Part shown: one piece after another, positions 8,783 to 17,636 of the stretch
How positions within the stretch are numbered: position 1 is the stretch's first letter
Layout of the letters: each line of letters opens with the position of its first letter
DNA from: a virus
Taxonomy: Duplodnaviria; Caudoviricetes
IMG/VR virus record: IMGVR_UViG_3300024972_000005
Span: 1-61,871 of that record
Direction: 5' to 3' (one strand)
DNA: 61,871 nucleotides
Position numbers and translations under genes: made by a program
Notes under the pieces: generated by a model
Database searches by the model: none
What the model was told of the DNA's origin: nothing
What the model saw: only the letters and a program-made list of their open reading frames with translations

Positions 8783-9025
8783 TTAGTCACTCCCGTGAAC
8801 AGTTTTCTTCGGTGCGCTTATATACGCCCAATGTGTAACCTTAGTGCCGCCACAATGACCAGTTCCATCTAAACCAAATTCATCGCCACGGCGCATAGTC
8901 ATACCTAAAAAGCACCCCCTTAATGCTGCATCTATTCCTGGAACACATGGCACAAAACCCCATGCTAAAACAGAGATTCCATAATCAGGTAGCGCTTCAT
9001 TTCTATCTGTCCATTCAATAGCCAT
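8783..9025 (-). CDS. DUF551-like hypothetical protein
   Basis: EWTDRNEALPD...VTHWAY pattern. Confidence 0.55.
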   Translation of the reverse strand: MAIEWTDRNEALPDYGISVLAWGFVPCVPGIDAALRGCFLGMTMRRGDEFGLDGTGHCGGTKVTHWAYISAPKKTVHGSD

Positions 9026-9029
9026 TTAG

Positions 9030-9404
9030 CTACCCCCTGAAAGCAGATACATTATTTTGCAGTTGCCACACCGTTGCCTGCACCGAAGCGCCAATAACCT
9101 GCGCTAGAATTAATGGCGCTTGTTCCTGAATTAATTTGCTCACCATATCTGATGCCATTTGGCGACCATCACTTCCGTATTTAGCATGAAAATCTGGGCT
9201 AGATAATGCTTTCAGTATTTGCGCTTTAAACATATCAGCCAGTTCAGACTTAACTAATTTTGGCAATTCTTCTTGCTCAAATTCCAGCACGCTACGCCTG
9301 ACTAATTCATCCCAACGATCTTCTGGGATTAGTTCAGCAACAATGCCTTTCAGCCTGGCTTTAACTGCATCTTCAAATTTTACTGGTACATTATTAGCGT
9401 CCAT
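9030..9404 (-). CDS. Hypothetical protein
   Basis: 124-aa ORF with GGAG RBS. Confidence 0.6.
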   Translation of the reverse strand: MDANNVPVKFEDAVKARLKGIVAELIPEDRWDELVRRSVLEFEQEELPKLVKSELADMFKAQILKALSSPDFHAKYGSDGRQMASDMVSKLIQEQAPLILAQVIGASVQATVWQLQNNVSAFRG

Positions 9405-9417
9405 GATTTACTCCAAT

Positions 9418-9777
9418 TTAAATTGCCACTGCCCTAGGTTTAGGTTTAGCTGAAATCGGTTTCCAATATGCAACCTTGTAATTCACCGGCTGCCCCTGTT
9501 CATCAATAAACCGCTTTAAATGCGTTGAATAAATCGCCTTGTGTACACGGCTGCAGTAATGTTCTATGCCTTCTGCCAGCACAAAATAGAACCCAACCTT
9601 ACGCGGCGTGTAGTCATTGAACACAATCCAGTCATCTTTGTTGATGTAGTCATTTAACTGCATCTGGTAAAAGCGGCGCAGCATCGCGGCATCCATCTCA
9701 TACACCTTGCGGCAGCGGATAACCGCCAACACGTATGTCAACACCATCAAAACTACAACACTGGTAATTACTAGCAT
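9418..9777 (-). CDS. Hypothetical protein (N-terminal TM, DUF551-like C-terminus)
   Basis: 119 aa, AGGAG RBS. Confidence 0.55.
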   Translation of the reverse strand: MLVITSVVVLMVLTYVLAVIRCRKVYEMDAAMLRRFYQMQLNDYINKDDWIVFNDYTPRKVGFYFVLAEGIEHYCSRVHKAIYSTHLKRFIDEQGQPVNYKVAYWKPISAKPKPRAVAI

Positions 9778-9793
9778 GACCGTTCTCCTTTAT

Positions 9794-10057
9794 CTAGTGT
9801 GTTTTGATCTCATGTTCAATTTCTTTAGCAATGACCGTGCTGGCCTTGACGATATAACTGTTAAACCACCGGCGCACGCTGTAGCTGCGGATCACCGATA
9901 TAACGGTAAATAGCAACCCAATGCTGAATGCCTGACCGCCGGTAACTTGAAAGCCATACATCGGCAAGATGAACATATTTGCGACCCAATTAATCGTGAA
10001 GCCAATGGCAATGTTCACAAGAGTTTCAATGAATGAACCTAGTCTAGTCTGTGACAT
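9794..10057 (-). CDS. Conserved phage membrane protein
   Basis: MSQTRLGSFIETLVNIAIGF...RSYSVRRWFN, two TM helices. Confidence 0.65.
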   Translation of the reverse strand: MSQTRLGSFIETLVNIAIGFTINWVANMFILPMYGFQVTGGQAFSIGLLFTVISVIRSYSVRRWFNSYIVKASTVIAKEIEHEIKTH

Positions 10058-10412
10058 TTTTCACCCCTTCCAGCCATTTCACTGGCCTGTCGTCACCTTC
10101 TTGGTAAGTTTTACTGAATAGGGTGAGCATTCTAAGATTGCAGGCTGCGTGCGCCAGGTGCGGTAATCCGCTTTCTGGATCAAGTTCCTCGCCACGCTGC
10201 CAGGCTGCTAGGTGACGTTGCAGGCAAGCAAATGGAATTGACCAATCTTGACCTTTAGCCCAATTCCAAGCTGCGTACTTACGCTTACCGTATTCCCATA
10301 CTCGCGCTTCATCTTCCAGCGTGCATAACGGAATTAGCGAAAAATCAGGTTTGCCAGTATTGAACCTAGCCCCTGAACCTTTTGCATCGCTGTTTACGTC
10401 ACCGACTGCCAT
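10044..10412 (-). CDS. dATP/dGTP diphosphohydrolase-like (DUF5664) protein
   Basis: GKPDFSLIP...YGKRKYAAWNWAKG...RHL...DPESGLPHLAHAACNL; start reassigned to MAVGD with GGAG RBS. Confidence 0.8.
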   Translation of the reverse strand: MAVGDVNSDAKGSGARFNTGKPDFSLIPLCTLEDEARVWEYGKRKYAAWNWAKGQDWSIPFACLQRHLAAWQRGEELDPESGLPHLAHAACNLRMLTLFSKTYQEGDDRPVKWLEGVKNVTD

Positions 10413-10444
10413 AATTACTCCATTCCAAACAAAATTAGTAAGAT

Positions 10445-10696
10445 TTAGCGCGTAAAAGCATTTGGCAAATCTTTCTCTCGCCACTTTTGACCGATAAAAC
10501 CTTTTGGTTTTGGGCAATAAGTCCATAGCTTTCTAGTTAAGTTGTCACTCCACTCCGAATCCCATTCCTTGCGTTCAGGCCAGTAGATTTCAACGCTGAT
10601 AATGTCGTCATGCCTACTTGTTGAATCTTCTAAAACCACAAGATATGTGCCTGCTCTTTTAGGTGGGTTATTCTCAACATCGAACCATTTAGCCAT
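10445..10696 (-). CDS. DUF551-like hypothetical protein
   Basis: KWFDVENNPPKRAGTYLV pattern. Confidence 0.5.
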   Translation of the reverse strand: MAKWFDVENNPPKRAGTYLVVLEDSTSRHDDIISVEIYWPERKEWDSEWSDNLTRKLWTYCPKPKGFIGQKWREKDLPNAFTR

Positions 10697-10699
10697 TGC

Positions 10700-11134
10700 T
10701 CATTCCATGCCATGTATCAACATTATTGCGTCACGGTGTTCCTGATTCGTGCGCGTACGTATGCCTGTGCGTTTCTTAAATTCATCTGCATTGAGCTTCT
10801 TGCTTGTTGGGCGCACCAGTATTACTTTCACCTGTTCATCTTCAATGCATTGCGCCAGTAATTGACCGGTGGCATGGTTCTGGCCTACCCTCTTACCAAT
10901 ACTGGCAGCGACCTTCATATTCTCTGCAGCGTGCCAGCTTGCTTTCTTGTTGAACCAGCCAGCTTCGATATACACGCGCTTGATCACCTCTTTGTTTGTG
11001 CGGATAAACTTCAAGGTTTCCACGAAGTTTAAGCATGAATATTCAATGCGTTTATTGTGGCAATGCAGAAATGCCACACCGCTTTTATGAATATCAGGGT
11101 CAATGCCGACAATGAGATATTTGCTATCCTGCAT
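10700..11134 (-). CDS. RuvC-like/RNase H-fold Holliday junction resolvase
   Basis: IVGIDPD...VYIE...EHRDA acidic motifs; nin-region position. Confidence 0.65.
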   Translation of the reverse strand: MQDSKYLIVGIDPDIHKSGVAFLHCHNKRIEYSCLNFVETLKFIRTNKEVIKRVYIEAGWFNKKASWHAAENMKVAASIGKRVGQNHATGQLLAQCIEDEQVKVILVRPTSKKLNADEFKKRTGIRTRTNQEHRDAIMLIHGME

Positions 11135-11336
11135 GGTGAACCTCGCTTTTATCAGTGTCCATTTCAATGGTATAAGCAAGATCAAGCAACGCCTTCACAA
11201 TTCTCAAGCGTTGCTTTTTGTTCTTAAAATCGCGCCAATAGGCGGCAGTATTCATATCGCTTTCTATTTCACAATTAACTAATGGCCTATCCTCACCATT
11301 ACTTTTCACCCTGCCAATCTCAATATAAATTTTCAT
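11124..11336 (-). CDS. Hypothetical protein
   Basis: Start MKIYIE overlapping upstream stop (ATGA). Confidence 0.5.
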   Translation of the reverse strand: MKIYIEIGRVKSNGEDRPLVNCEIESDMNTAAYWRDFKNKKQRLRIVKALLDLAYTIEMDTDKSEVHHAG

Positions 11337-11761
11337 GACAGCATCCCCATAGTTGAGCCAATACGCACTTCCTGCTTGCGGCTTTCGCGTCTTTTCCAAT
11401 GAATGTGATCGGCACCATGCACCACCCTGATATGCGGATTAGATGGATGGGTGGTAATCAACGAATTTTCATCTTTCATCAAGTCATCATGAAAATCGCG
11501 CTTGATGGTGATGTACTGCGTTCGCTTTTGGCCTCTTGAATTTAATGTAACGCCGCCTTGTTTTAAATAATCCCTGCGTATCAAAATAGATAATGGCGAA
11601 CATAGCGACTTAATAGACACCTTCAACGCCGCCGCGATTTCTTCCGCTGTGCTTTTGGTGCTGCAAATATCCAGGATTTGATTGAAAAGATTATTACGGG
11701 CGGTTATTTTCAAGTTATGCTCAATAACGCGCTGATGCTGGTCGGCTACACTTAAAGTCAT
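11333..11761 (-). CDS. Winged-HTH protein
   Basis: STAEEIAAALKVSIKSLCSPLSILIRRDYL. Confidence 0.6.
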   Translation of the reverse strand: MTLSVADQHQRVIEHNLKITARNNLFNQILDICSTKSTAEEIAAALKVSIKSLCSPLSILIRRDYLKQGGVTLNSRGQKRTQYITIKRDFHDDLMKDENSLITTHPSNPHIRVVHGADHIHWKRRESRKQEVRIGSTMGMLS

Positions 11762-12081
11762 ATATCCACCTTATATCCAATCTTAGATAACCAGCCAGAG
11801 CGCTGGTAGAGTTCAAAAGTGCGTTTACGCGCCTCGTTAAAAATCGGTAATTCCCATTCTCTCGGCAAGCGATGTGCGTCATAGTATTTATGGCAGGATG
11901 GGCAGGCAGCTACGTGCTGGTCATCTGCCGCCTTAATTCCTTTGCCGTGCCCATGTTCATAATGATTCGAGTGCGCCGGTTCGCAGCCATCCGGCGAGTA
12001 GCCTTGGCATGGCGCTAACCTGAATTGGCATTCGTTCACTTGATGCGCGAGGTTTAGTAGGCGGCGGTTGCGGTAGATCAT
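11758..12081 (-). CDS. Nin-region HNH-like nuclease (DUF1364/DUF968-like)
   Basis: CQFR...C...EPAHSN...HGKGIKA.D...AACPSCHKYYD. Confidence 0.7.
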   Translation of the reverse strand: MIYRNRRLLNLAHQVNECQFRLAPCQGYSPDGCEPAHSNHYEHGHGKGIKAADDQHVAACPSCHKYYDAHRLPREWELPIFNEARKRTFELYQRSGWLSKIGYKVDI

Positions 12082-12542
12082 GCCGCATACCTTTCATCAA
12101 AAGCCCGTGCCGGTTCAGTCCAAACAATATTGTTATTTGCGCCGAAGTGATAAAGCCACTCAATAAAACCGGCAGCTACATACTTGGGAAAATCTCGCGT
12201 CTGCGCACCCAGGGCAACCAAGGTTGTGCCATACAATGACGGCACTAATTCCACGGAATTACGCTTCCAGTAGTCAGCCAGCCGCGGCAAATCATTTTCA
12301 ATGCAATCCAAACGGTATTGCGCAACACATAAGCGCTTCCATGCATCAGCATCAAAAGACCGGTTAAGATGCTTGGCCTGCCTCGCAATATCGCCTAGCA
12401 TGGCGTGATACTTTTCTTCCTGCAGCCTGGTCTTTTCATCGTATTCATCAATGCGAAAACGCCACAACTTCCCGATCTCGCATTTCATAATCAGGTCATA
12501 TAGCCCCTGCTTGTTCTTACCGTTGTAGAAATAGAGTTCCAT
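12078..12542 (-). CDS. ninB: NinB-like recombination protein
   Basis: Q..KYHAMLGDIARQ...DAWKRL...T.DF...FIEWLYHFGA..NIVW. Confidence 0.75.
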   Translation of the reverse strand: MELYFYNGKNKQGLYDLIMKCEIGKLWRFRIDEYDEKTRLQEEKYHAMLGDIARQAKHLNRSFDADAWKRLCVAQYRLDCIENDLPRLADYWKRNSVELVPSLYGTTLVALGAQTRDFPKYVAAGFIEWLYHFGANNNIVWTEPARAFDERYAA

Positions 12543-12796
12543 TAATGCACCACCTTGTCGCAGCATGGCTTACCAGCCTTTGCGGTTGACCATGCAGTAG
12601 CGATTGCCAACGCCTGATTAATCGCACGCGCTTCCTGTACCGTACATTTGTCAGGATCAAGTAACACCAGCGCTTTCATTCCTGTAACCATCATCGCCAC
12701 CTGCTCATTATCAAAACTGCATTTCTCGGCAAGCTGTTCGATCATAAAGGTCAGCAATTCAAGTTTGTTCTGCAAAAGCTCCTGTTGGCTGTTCAT
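12542..12796 (-). CDS. Hypothetical protein
   Basis: Coupled ORF in early operon. Confidence 0.5.
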   Translation of the reverse strand: MNSQQELLQNKLELLTFMIEQLAEKCSFDNEQVAMMVTGMKALVLLDPDKCTVQEARAINQALAIATAWSTAKAGKPCCDKVVH

Positions 12797-13092
12797 GCTG
12801 TCACCTCTTGATAATCCCAATCAAAAGCATCTTTCAAGGCAGAATGTTCTTCATCCGCAAATAGGTAACTGTTGGCTGGTAATGATTCATACTCACCATG
12901 AATGTCATAAAACATGCCATCTATTTCAGTAAAGATATGCCCCTGTATTGGCTCGTACCATGCCACGGCCTGCGGATATAAATCGGCAAGCATCAAGTAA
13001 AGCTGGAAGCATTTACCCTGCGTAAACATCACATCGGCCTGTTTGATGTTTTTTCGCATGGCATTGACTAAATTGACGGGAGTTATTTGCAT
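12793..13092 (-). CDS. Hypothetical protein (Cys/His/Asp motif, possible papain-like fold)
   Basis: FTQGKCFQLY...GHIFTEIDGMFYDIHG. Confidence 0.5.
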   Translation of the reverse strand: MQITPVNLVNAMRKNIKQADVMFTQGKCFQLYLMLADLYPQAVAWYEPIQGHIFTEIDGMFYDIHGEYESLPANSYLFADEEHSALKDAFDWDYQEVTA

Positions 13093-13105
13093 CACAGTGA
13101 TCTCA

Positions 13106-13312
13106 CTAACCGCAGCGTTCCAATTCAAGACGGGCATGAACCTCAATCAAATCTTTATCCATGCCATTCCAGTTCACACGCAGCGGCATCGCTTTGATAT
13201 AGTTCTGCAGCATGACCCTGCGTGATGGTTTGTCTTGTTTGGTGTTGAACTGACCAATCTGACGGATATAAATCAGTTCATCGTTTGTGGTATGCAGATT
13301 TCTATTTTTCAT
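13106..13312 (-). CDS. Hypothetical protein
   Basis: Short ORF in early operon. Confidence 0.5.
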   Translation of the reverse strand: MKNRNLHTTNDELIYIRQIGQFNTKQDKPSRRVMLQNYIKAMPLRVNWNGMDKDLIEVHARLELERCG

Positions 13313-13313
13313 G

Positions 13314-13577
13314 TTATTTCCCCAGGGCATTCATCTGTTTTAAGCGGCGCTCACATTCGCGCCTGCCGTTTACCTGACCACCAAGCAACCGCTTCCACGG
13401 TGTAGCCGTATTAATTTTTGGTTTCTTGGTGCGGTAGTGACCGCCGTGACCGCGCGATTGGTATTGACCTAAGTTTGCAAGCTCGATGTTCTTTAGCGTT
13501 TGCGGCATTGCAGACAGCAGGATTGCGTTCATTGCATTCAAGAATATGTGTGCGCGTTTGAAGGGAGTGGTTTGCAT
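13314..13577 (-). CDS. Hypothetical protein
   Basis: 87 aa, AGGAG RBS. Confidence 0.55.
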   Translation of the reverse strand: MQTTPFKRAHIFLNAMNAILLSAMPQTLKNIELANLGQYQSRGHGGHYRTKKPKINTATPWKRLLGGQVNGRRECERRLKQMNALGK

Positions 13578-13585
13578 GATTGCTC

Positions 13586-13813
13586 CTAGTTGATTGACCA
13601 GTGTTGAAATGAATTAAACTGTTTACGGGTAAGTGTTGCCCTGATCCGGCGGCTGATAGCTTTGGGTAACTGAATACCTGCCCGATTGCATAAGTTGCGT
13701 AATTCGGCACGGGTAATTTTGAAATAACGGCTTGTGCCCAGGGTGGATGCGAATGGATTTGCAGTCAGGTAGCGTTTAATTTCACTAGCTAAATTCATAT
13801 CTTCATTACTCAT
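13586..13813 (-). CDS. Hypothetical protein
   Basis: 75 aa, coupled to upstream gene. Confidence 0.5.
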   Translation of the reverse strand: MSNEDMNLASEIKRYLTANPFASTLGTSRYFKITRAELRNLCNRAGIQLPKAISRRIRATLTRKQFNSFQHWSIN

Positions 13814-13998
13814 TTCGTTCCCTTTCTTTTCATCAAAATTACCGTGGCCTTTGCTTTAATTTCATCCGCAAATTGATCGCCGTATTTTTCACGCCAATAA
13901 TCAATATGCTGATTTCTGGTTGCCCTGCTATTGCTTACCCTGGTGACACATTCAACCGCTTCTTCCACCGTGGGCTGTCTGTACTTACCTTCATTCAA
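13810..13998 (-). CDS. Hypothetical protein
   Basis: 62 aa, TTG start overlapping the restored stop of the upstream gene. Confidence 0.5.
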   Translation of the reverse strand: MNEGKYRQPTVEEAVECVTRVSNSRATRNQHIDYWREKYGDQFADEIKAKATVILMKRKGTK

Positions 13999-14199
13999 AA
14001 TAGCCTGTCCTGCTTAGTGATATAAACCACTCGCCGCGGCTCTTTAACCTTCTCAATCACCCCCCCCCTTCGCCAGTTCGCGCAAAGCAGAACCAGCAAC
14101 ACCGTTTTCAATGCCCATCTGGGTGGCAATGTCTGATGGTCGGTAATATGTTTTAGGTGCTAGATTAATCAACACTGCATCTGAAATAGTTTTAGCCAT
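13995..14199 (-). pseudogene. Small winged-HTH gene frameshifted at a G9 tract (14060-14068)
   Basis: MAKTISDAVL...LRELAKGG stops at 14053; removing one G gives VIEKVKEPRRVVYITKQDRLF* (67 aa) ending in a TTGA overlap with next gene. Confidence 0.6.
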
Positions 14200-14202
14200 T
14201 TT

Positions 14203-15042
14203 TTATGCGCTCTCTTTCTGATCAAGTTTTTTATCTATTGCGGCAATTAATTCAAACTTCGTTTTCCCCATCGTGCCAATGCCAAGTTCTTTCGCTTTTT
14301 CAACAATTAGCGTTTCACTGTTGCGCCAAGCATTGCGCTTATGCGCTTCCGCAAAATTACCTTTGGTCACATTGCTGGCTGCGGCTTCCTGCCTCATTCC
14401 TTCAACCATTTTCAGCACATACGGGAATTTCTTAACCTTTGCGGTTTTAGCTGCATCAACAAATTCATCCACCGTAGCGCCTGCATCCAGCATGGCTATC
14501 AGCAGTGGGTGTGATGGATTTACATCAAGGAAGTTAAGATTTTTAAGCGCTAAACACACATAAGCGGCTTGTGACGGCTCATTACTCTTTCCAGTTTCAT
14601 TACTGTGTGTTAATTCATTTGGTTTATATGGCTCTGGCTCTGGTGAGGTTTCGAGTTGGGTTTCACTTGGGTTATTTTCAGAAAACCCATTGGGTTTTTC
14701 TTGGGTTTCGTTTTTATCCTTCTTGGGTCTGCCACCTTTTGTTCCATTTAACCTAGCGGCTACCATTGCAGGTTTTGCTTCCGCTATTTCTTTATCGGCT
14801 CTTTTTTGCACATAGCCTTGATCGGTAGCATGAAAATACTGACCTAATATGCTGATGACAGACTTGCGTTCATCCTTTGTCATTGCCCTGGCAATCCTGC
14901 AGCAAGCATCTATATCTTCCGGCAATGGGATTTCAGTCGCATAGTAATGATCTAGCAGGCGGTCATACGCACCAAATTCAGCAAGGGATAAATGCCCCGT
15001 GTCACGCTGAATATCGCCTACATAGCGTTTATAAAAATTCAT
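14203..15042 (-). CDS. Replication initiator, DUF1376/YdaU family
   Basis: MNFYKRYVGDIQRDTGHLSLAEFGAYDRLLDHYYATE; lambda O position. Confidence 0.85.
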   Translation of the reverse strand: MNFYKRYVGDIQRDTGHLSLAEFGAYDRLLDHYYATEIPLPEDIDACCRIARAMTKDERKSVISILGQYFHATDQGYVQKRADKEIAEAKPAMVAARLNGTKGGRPKKDKNETQEKPNGFSENNPSETQLETSPEPEPYKPNELTHSNETGKSNEPSQAAYVCLALKNLNFLDVNPSHPLLIAMLDAGATVDEFVDAAKTAKVKKFPYVLKMVEGMRQEAAASNVTKGNFAEAHKRNAWRNSETLIVEKAKELGIGTMGKTKFELIAAIDKKLDQKESA

Positions 15043-15139
15043 ACAAGCCTTGCATCAAGCCAATAAAAGGGTGCTGGCACGTACCGTGGGCTTGAATCAC
15101 GATAACGGGTTGATCGACCCTGCCAGCATTGATAAACAT

Positions 15140-15430
15140 TTATGCAGCCGCTTTCAACATCAGGGCTTCTACATTTTTGCCGGTGAATGGGTCTTTCTTC
15201 CGGCCTACCACCTGCACGCAAACATCAATCATTGAGTTCACCCTGGCTGATACGGTTGAAGTTTCTAAATTGGATAAAAGTGCCAGTTCGCGGCGTGTAT
15301 AAGTGCGGTCAGGCAGCATGACCTTGATGATTTGTTTTTGCTGCTGCTGCAAGGTGTTCGCTTGTTTAAGGTCGCAGAATGCGTCCAGTGAGGTGTCGGC
15401 AATATTAGTGCGCATGATCTGTACCCCCAT
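15140..15430 (-). CDS. Winged-HTH protein
   Basis: YTRRELALLSNLETSTVSARVNSM. Confidence 0.65.
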   Translation of the reverse strand: MGVQIMRTNIADTSLDAFCDLKQANTLQQQQKQIIKVMLPDRTYTRRELALLSNLETSTVSARVNSMIDVCVQVVGRKKDPFTGKNVEALMLKAAA

Positions 15431-15665
15431 CAGCCCCTATTCCTGCCACCGATTTAATTTTTGATTGCTGTAAACTGATTACATAGTCAACACCAAACAA
15501 GGCAATCATGATGGACATTCGCGCAAATTCAGATTTATTCATACCGATTTCACTTGATCTTTTAAGAAGCTCGGTTTCGGTCATTTCATCAATATGGATC
15601 TTTAAATCTCGATCCAACTTGCCATTAGCGCCGGTTGTACCGCCACGAGAAAACAGAGTATTCAT
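15405..15665 (-). CDS. CII-position regulator (ribbon-helix-helix-like)
   Basis: LKIHID...GMNKSEFAR; immediately downstream of cro. Confidence 0.5.
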   Translation of the reverse strand: MNTLFSRGGTTGANGKLDRDLKIHIDEMTETELLKRSSEIGMNKSEFARMSIMIALFGVDYVISLQQSKIKSVAGIGADGGTDHAH

Positions 15666-15699
15666 AGAAACCTCGCATCAAAACAACATAAAAACAGTA

Positions 15700-15927
15700 T
15701 TAAGCGGCTGGCTGCAGTTCGGGCCAGATCGCTTGCCAATCATTAGGTCTAAGATCTTTTCTGGTTACTTCACCATTGGTGATCTTTTCAATAATTACGC
15801 ACTTTTCTGGCGACACTGGACGATTTCCAGTAAGCCACTGATTCACCATACCAATGGAAACACCAACAAGATCAGCAAAACTTGCTTGGGTGATTTTATT
15901 GCTGCATAAATATTCTGATATGTTCAT
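15700..15927 (-). CDS. cro: Cro-like repressor (YdaS/Cro family)
   Basis: ITQASFADLVGVSIGMVNQWLTGNRPVSPEKC...DLRPNDWQAIWPEL; divergent from cI; start reassigned to MNISEY. Confidence 0.85.
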   Translation of the reverse strand: MNISEYLCSNKITQASFADLVGVSIGMVNQWLTGNRPVSPEKCVIIEKITNGEVTRKDLRPNDWQAIWPELQPAA

Positions 15928-15937
15928 AGATGGATAA

Positions 15938-15999
15938 TATAGCAAAGCTATACGTAAATGTAAAGCCATGCTATATATATTTTTTAATAGCATCGCTAT
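15938..15999. promoter_or_regulatory. OR-like operator region, three ATAGC-N3-GCTAT sites and divergent promoters
   Basis: TATAGCAAAGCTATA 15938-15952, AAAGCCATGCTAT 15962-15974, ATAGCATCGCTAT 15987-15999. Confidence 0.8.
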
Positions 16000-16701
16000 A
16001 TGGCTAAAAGTACAAAAAAACCTGTTGAGAGAGAAGTGATGGACTTGGAAGGAAAGGCCTTATCCAAAAGGTTTGAATTGATTAGAAGTCGTGCCGCTTT
16101 TGCAAAACAGCACGGTCTTAATCCAACTATGATTCAGCAGCACCTAACATCAGAACGACCAATATCTCTTGATTACGCAAAAAAATATGCCAACGCTTTT
16201 GAATGCAAGTTAATTGACATTAGCAAAAGGCTTCATGATGAAATTCAAAAAGCCAATTTCTTTATTGACAATGATGTTAATGATGAATTTGCCTTTATTG
16301 ATATGATTGATTTAAAGCTGTCCGCTGGCAGTGGAAAAATTGTTTTATCTCATGATGTAAAACAACAAATATCTTTTCGTTCAGAATTTCTAAAACAATC
16401 TGGGTGCAAACCGGAAAACGCCATTAGCTTCCCTGTGGAGGGAGATTCTATGCGCGATGTTCATATATTAGACGGATCAATCGTTGTTTTAAATAAAGCC
16501 AAACGCGAGCCAGTAAAGCATAAATACTATGCAATATGGATAGATGATAAATATTTAATAAAAGAATTAGTGCAAAGAGATGGTGAGTGGTGGGCAGTTT
16601 CACATAATAGTGACGAAAAAGAAAAATATCCTGACATTCATATAGACCATGAATTTTCAGGAATCATAGGGCAGGCTTTTTGGTGTGGGTTTCAATTGTA
16701 G
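16000..16701 (+). CDS. cI: CI-like repressor with S24 peptidase domain
   Basis: N-terminal HTH; LSAGSG cleavage site, VEGDSM serine and LIKEL lysine motifs. Confidence 0.9.
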   Translation: MAKSTKKPVEREVMDLEGKALSKRFELIRSRAAFAKQHGLNPTMIQQHLTSERPISLDYAKKYANAFECKLIDISKRLHDEIQKANFFIDNDVNDEFAFIDMIDLKLSAGSGKIVLSHDVKQQISFRSEFLKQSGCKPENAISFPVEGDSMRDVHILDGSIVVLNKAKREPVKHKYYAIWIDDKYLIKELVQRDGEWWAVSHNSDEKEKYPDIHIDHEFSGIIGQAFWCGFQL

Positions 16702-16745
16702 ACATTTTACATAAGCTATTAGCAGAAGCCATAAGGGAGATGTAA

Positions 16746-17027
16746 ATGCAAGAAAAACAAAAGAAAATACTTTTAATAGCTGCCGCTGCAATAGCATTAA
16801 GTGGGATATTTGCACCTATGCACGTTAAAAATACAAACCACATTCAATTCGATTGTGGCTACCGCATGATCAATTTCCCAACTGAAAATTGCTCACTACA
16901 GATTGATGACTTTGGGAATGTATATGACCGATCAAAGCGTGCAGAAATAAACGTATCTACATTAGCCATTGAATGGCTTGGTATTATGATTGTTGCAGGC
17001 CTACTATTTATATCAACAAAGGAATAG
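16746..17027 (+). CDS. Two-TM membrane protein downstream of cI
   Basis: Hydrophobic N- and C-termini, GGGAG RBS. Confidence 0.6.
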   Translation: MQEKQKKILLIAAAAIALSGIFAPMHVKNTNHIQFDCGYRMINFPTENCSLQIDDFGNVYDRSKRAEINVSTLAIEWLGIMIVAGLLFISTKE

Positions 17028-17030
17028 GCC

Positions 17031-17249
17031 ATGTCTAATCATGACGAATCTAAAGTTCAAATAGAAGGAACCTTAATTGCTATGGGATTTGTAATGTCCG
17101 CACTCATTAGAACGCACCCATCAAAAGCAAACCTATTACAAGCCCTGCAAGAAATCCTAAAAGGGGAAGGATCACTGTATGGGGAACTCCCCGCAGAAAT
17201 CCAAATCGTAGTTGACCAGCGTTTACATGAGTTGCTTTATCAGAATTAG
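17031..17249 (+). CDS. Hypothetical protein
   Basis: 72 aa, AAGGA RBS; overlaps convergent ORF. Confidence 0.45.
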   Translation: MSNHDESKVQIEGTLIAMGFVMSALIRTHPSKANLLQALQEILKGEGSLYGELPAEIQIVVDQRLHELLYQN

Positions 17250-17487
17250 CAAAAGAAATCTTTGAAAGCGCATTTGTACATACTGCTGCATTGCGCTCCC
17301 TCTCTTGCCTGGCATTTTCAAAATCACTTAACTCTTGAAGTGAATATATTTTATTCTCCACATTACGTGCAAGATTTACCTCTTCCATCGCAGACCTCGC
17401 CAACTGCGCGGCGGTCTTGGCTCCATCTTTCATCTGCCGATCTAATTCAGCCATCTTCTGAGCAAAAGTAATTTTTTCATTTTCCAT
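17107..17487 (-). CDS. Hypothetical protein with C-terminal TM
   Basis: 126 aa, AGGAG RBS; overlaps 17031-17249 on opposite strand. Confidence 0.4.
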   Translation of the reverse strand: MENEKITFAQKMAELDRQMKDGAKTAAQLARSAMEEVNLARNVENKIYSLQELSDFENARQERERNAAVCTNALSKISFANSDKATHVNAGQLRFGFLRGVPHTVILPLLGFLAGLVIGLLLMGAF

Positions 17488-17501
17488 GTTGTTCTCCTAA
17501 C

Positions 17502-17523
17502 GCCCTCAATCGAGGGCTTTTTT
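17502..17523 (+). terminator. Terminator of cI transcript
   Basis: GCCCTC-AATC-GAGGGC followed by T6. Confidence 0.7.
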
Positions 17524-17574
17524 GTGTCTGCAAATACTACGTTTTCATAGTACCTCAAAAATAATCAAAAATAT

Positions 17575-17614
17575 ATAGCAAAGCTATTGACATAGTATAG
17601 CATTGCTATATAAT
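17575..17614 (+). promoter_or_regulatory. PL-like promoter with two OL operators
   Basis: TTGACA 17587-17592, 16-bp spacer, TATAAT 17609-17614; operators ATAGCAAAGCTAT 17575-17587 and ATAGCATTGCTAT 17597-17609. Confidence 0.88.
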
Positions 17615-17636
17615 CACCACATCGAAGCAAGAAACG

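Noticed and set aside
10044-10412. Z-genome (2-aminoadenine) or other base-substitution system
   Set aside because: No purZ, own DNA polymerase or deazaguanine genes seen; a lone DUF5664 is insufficient.
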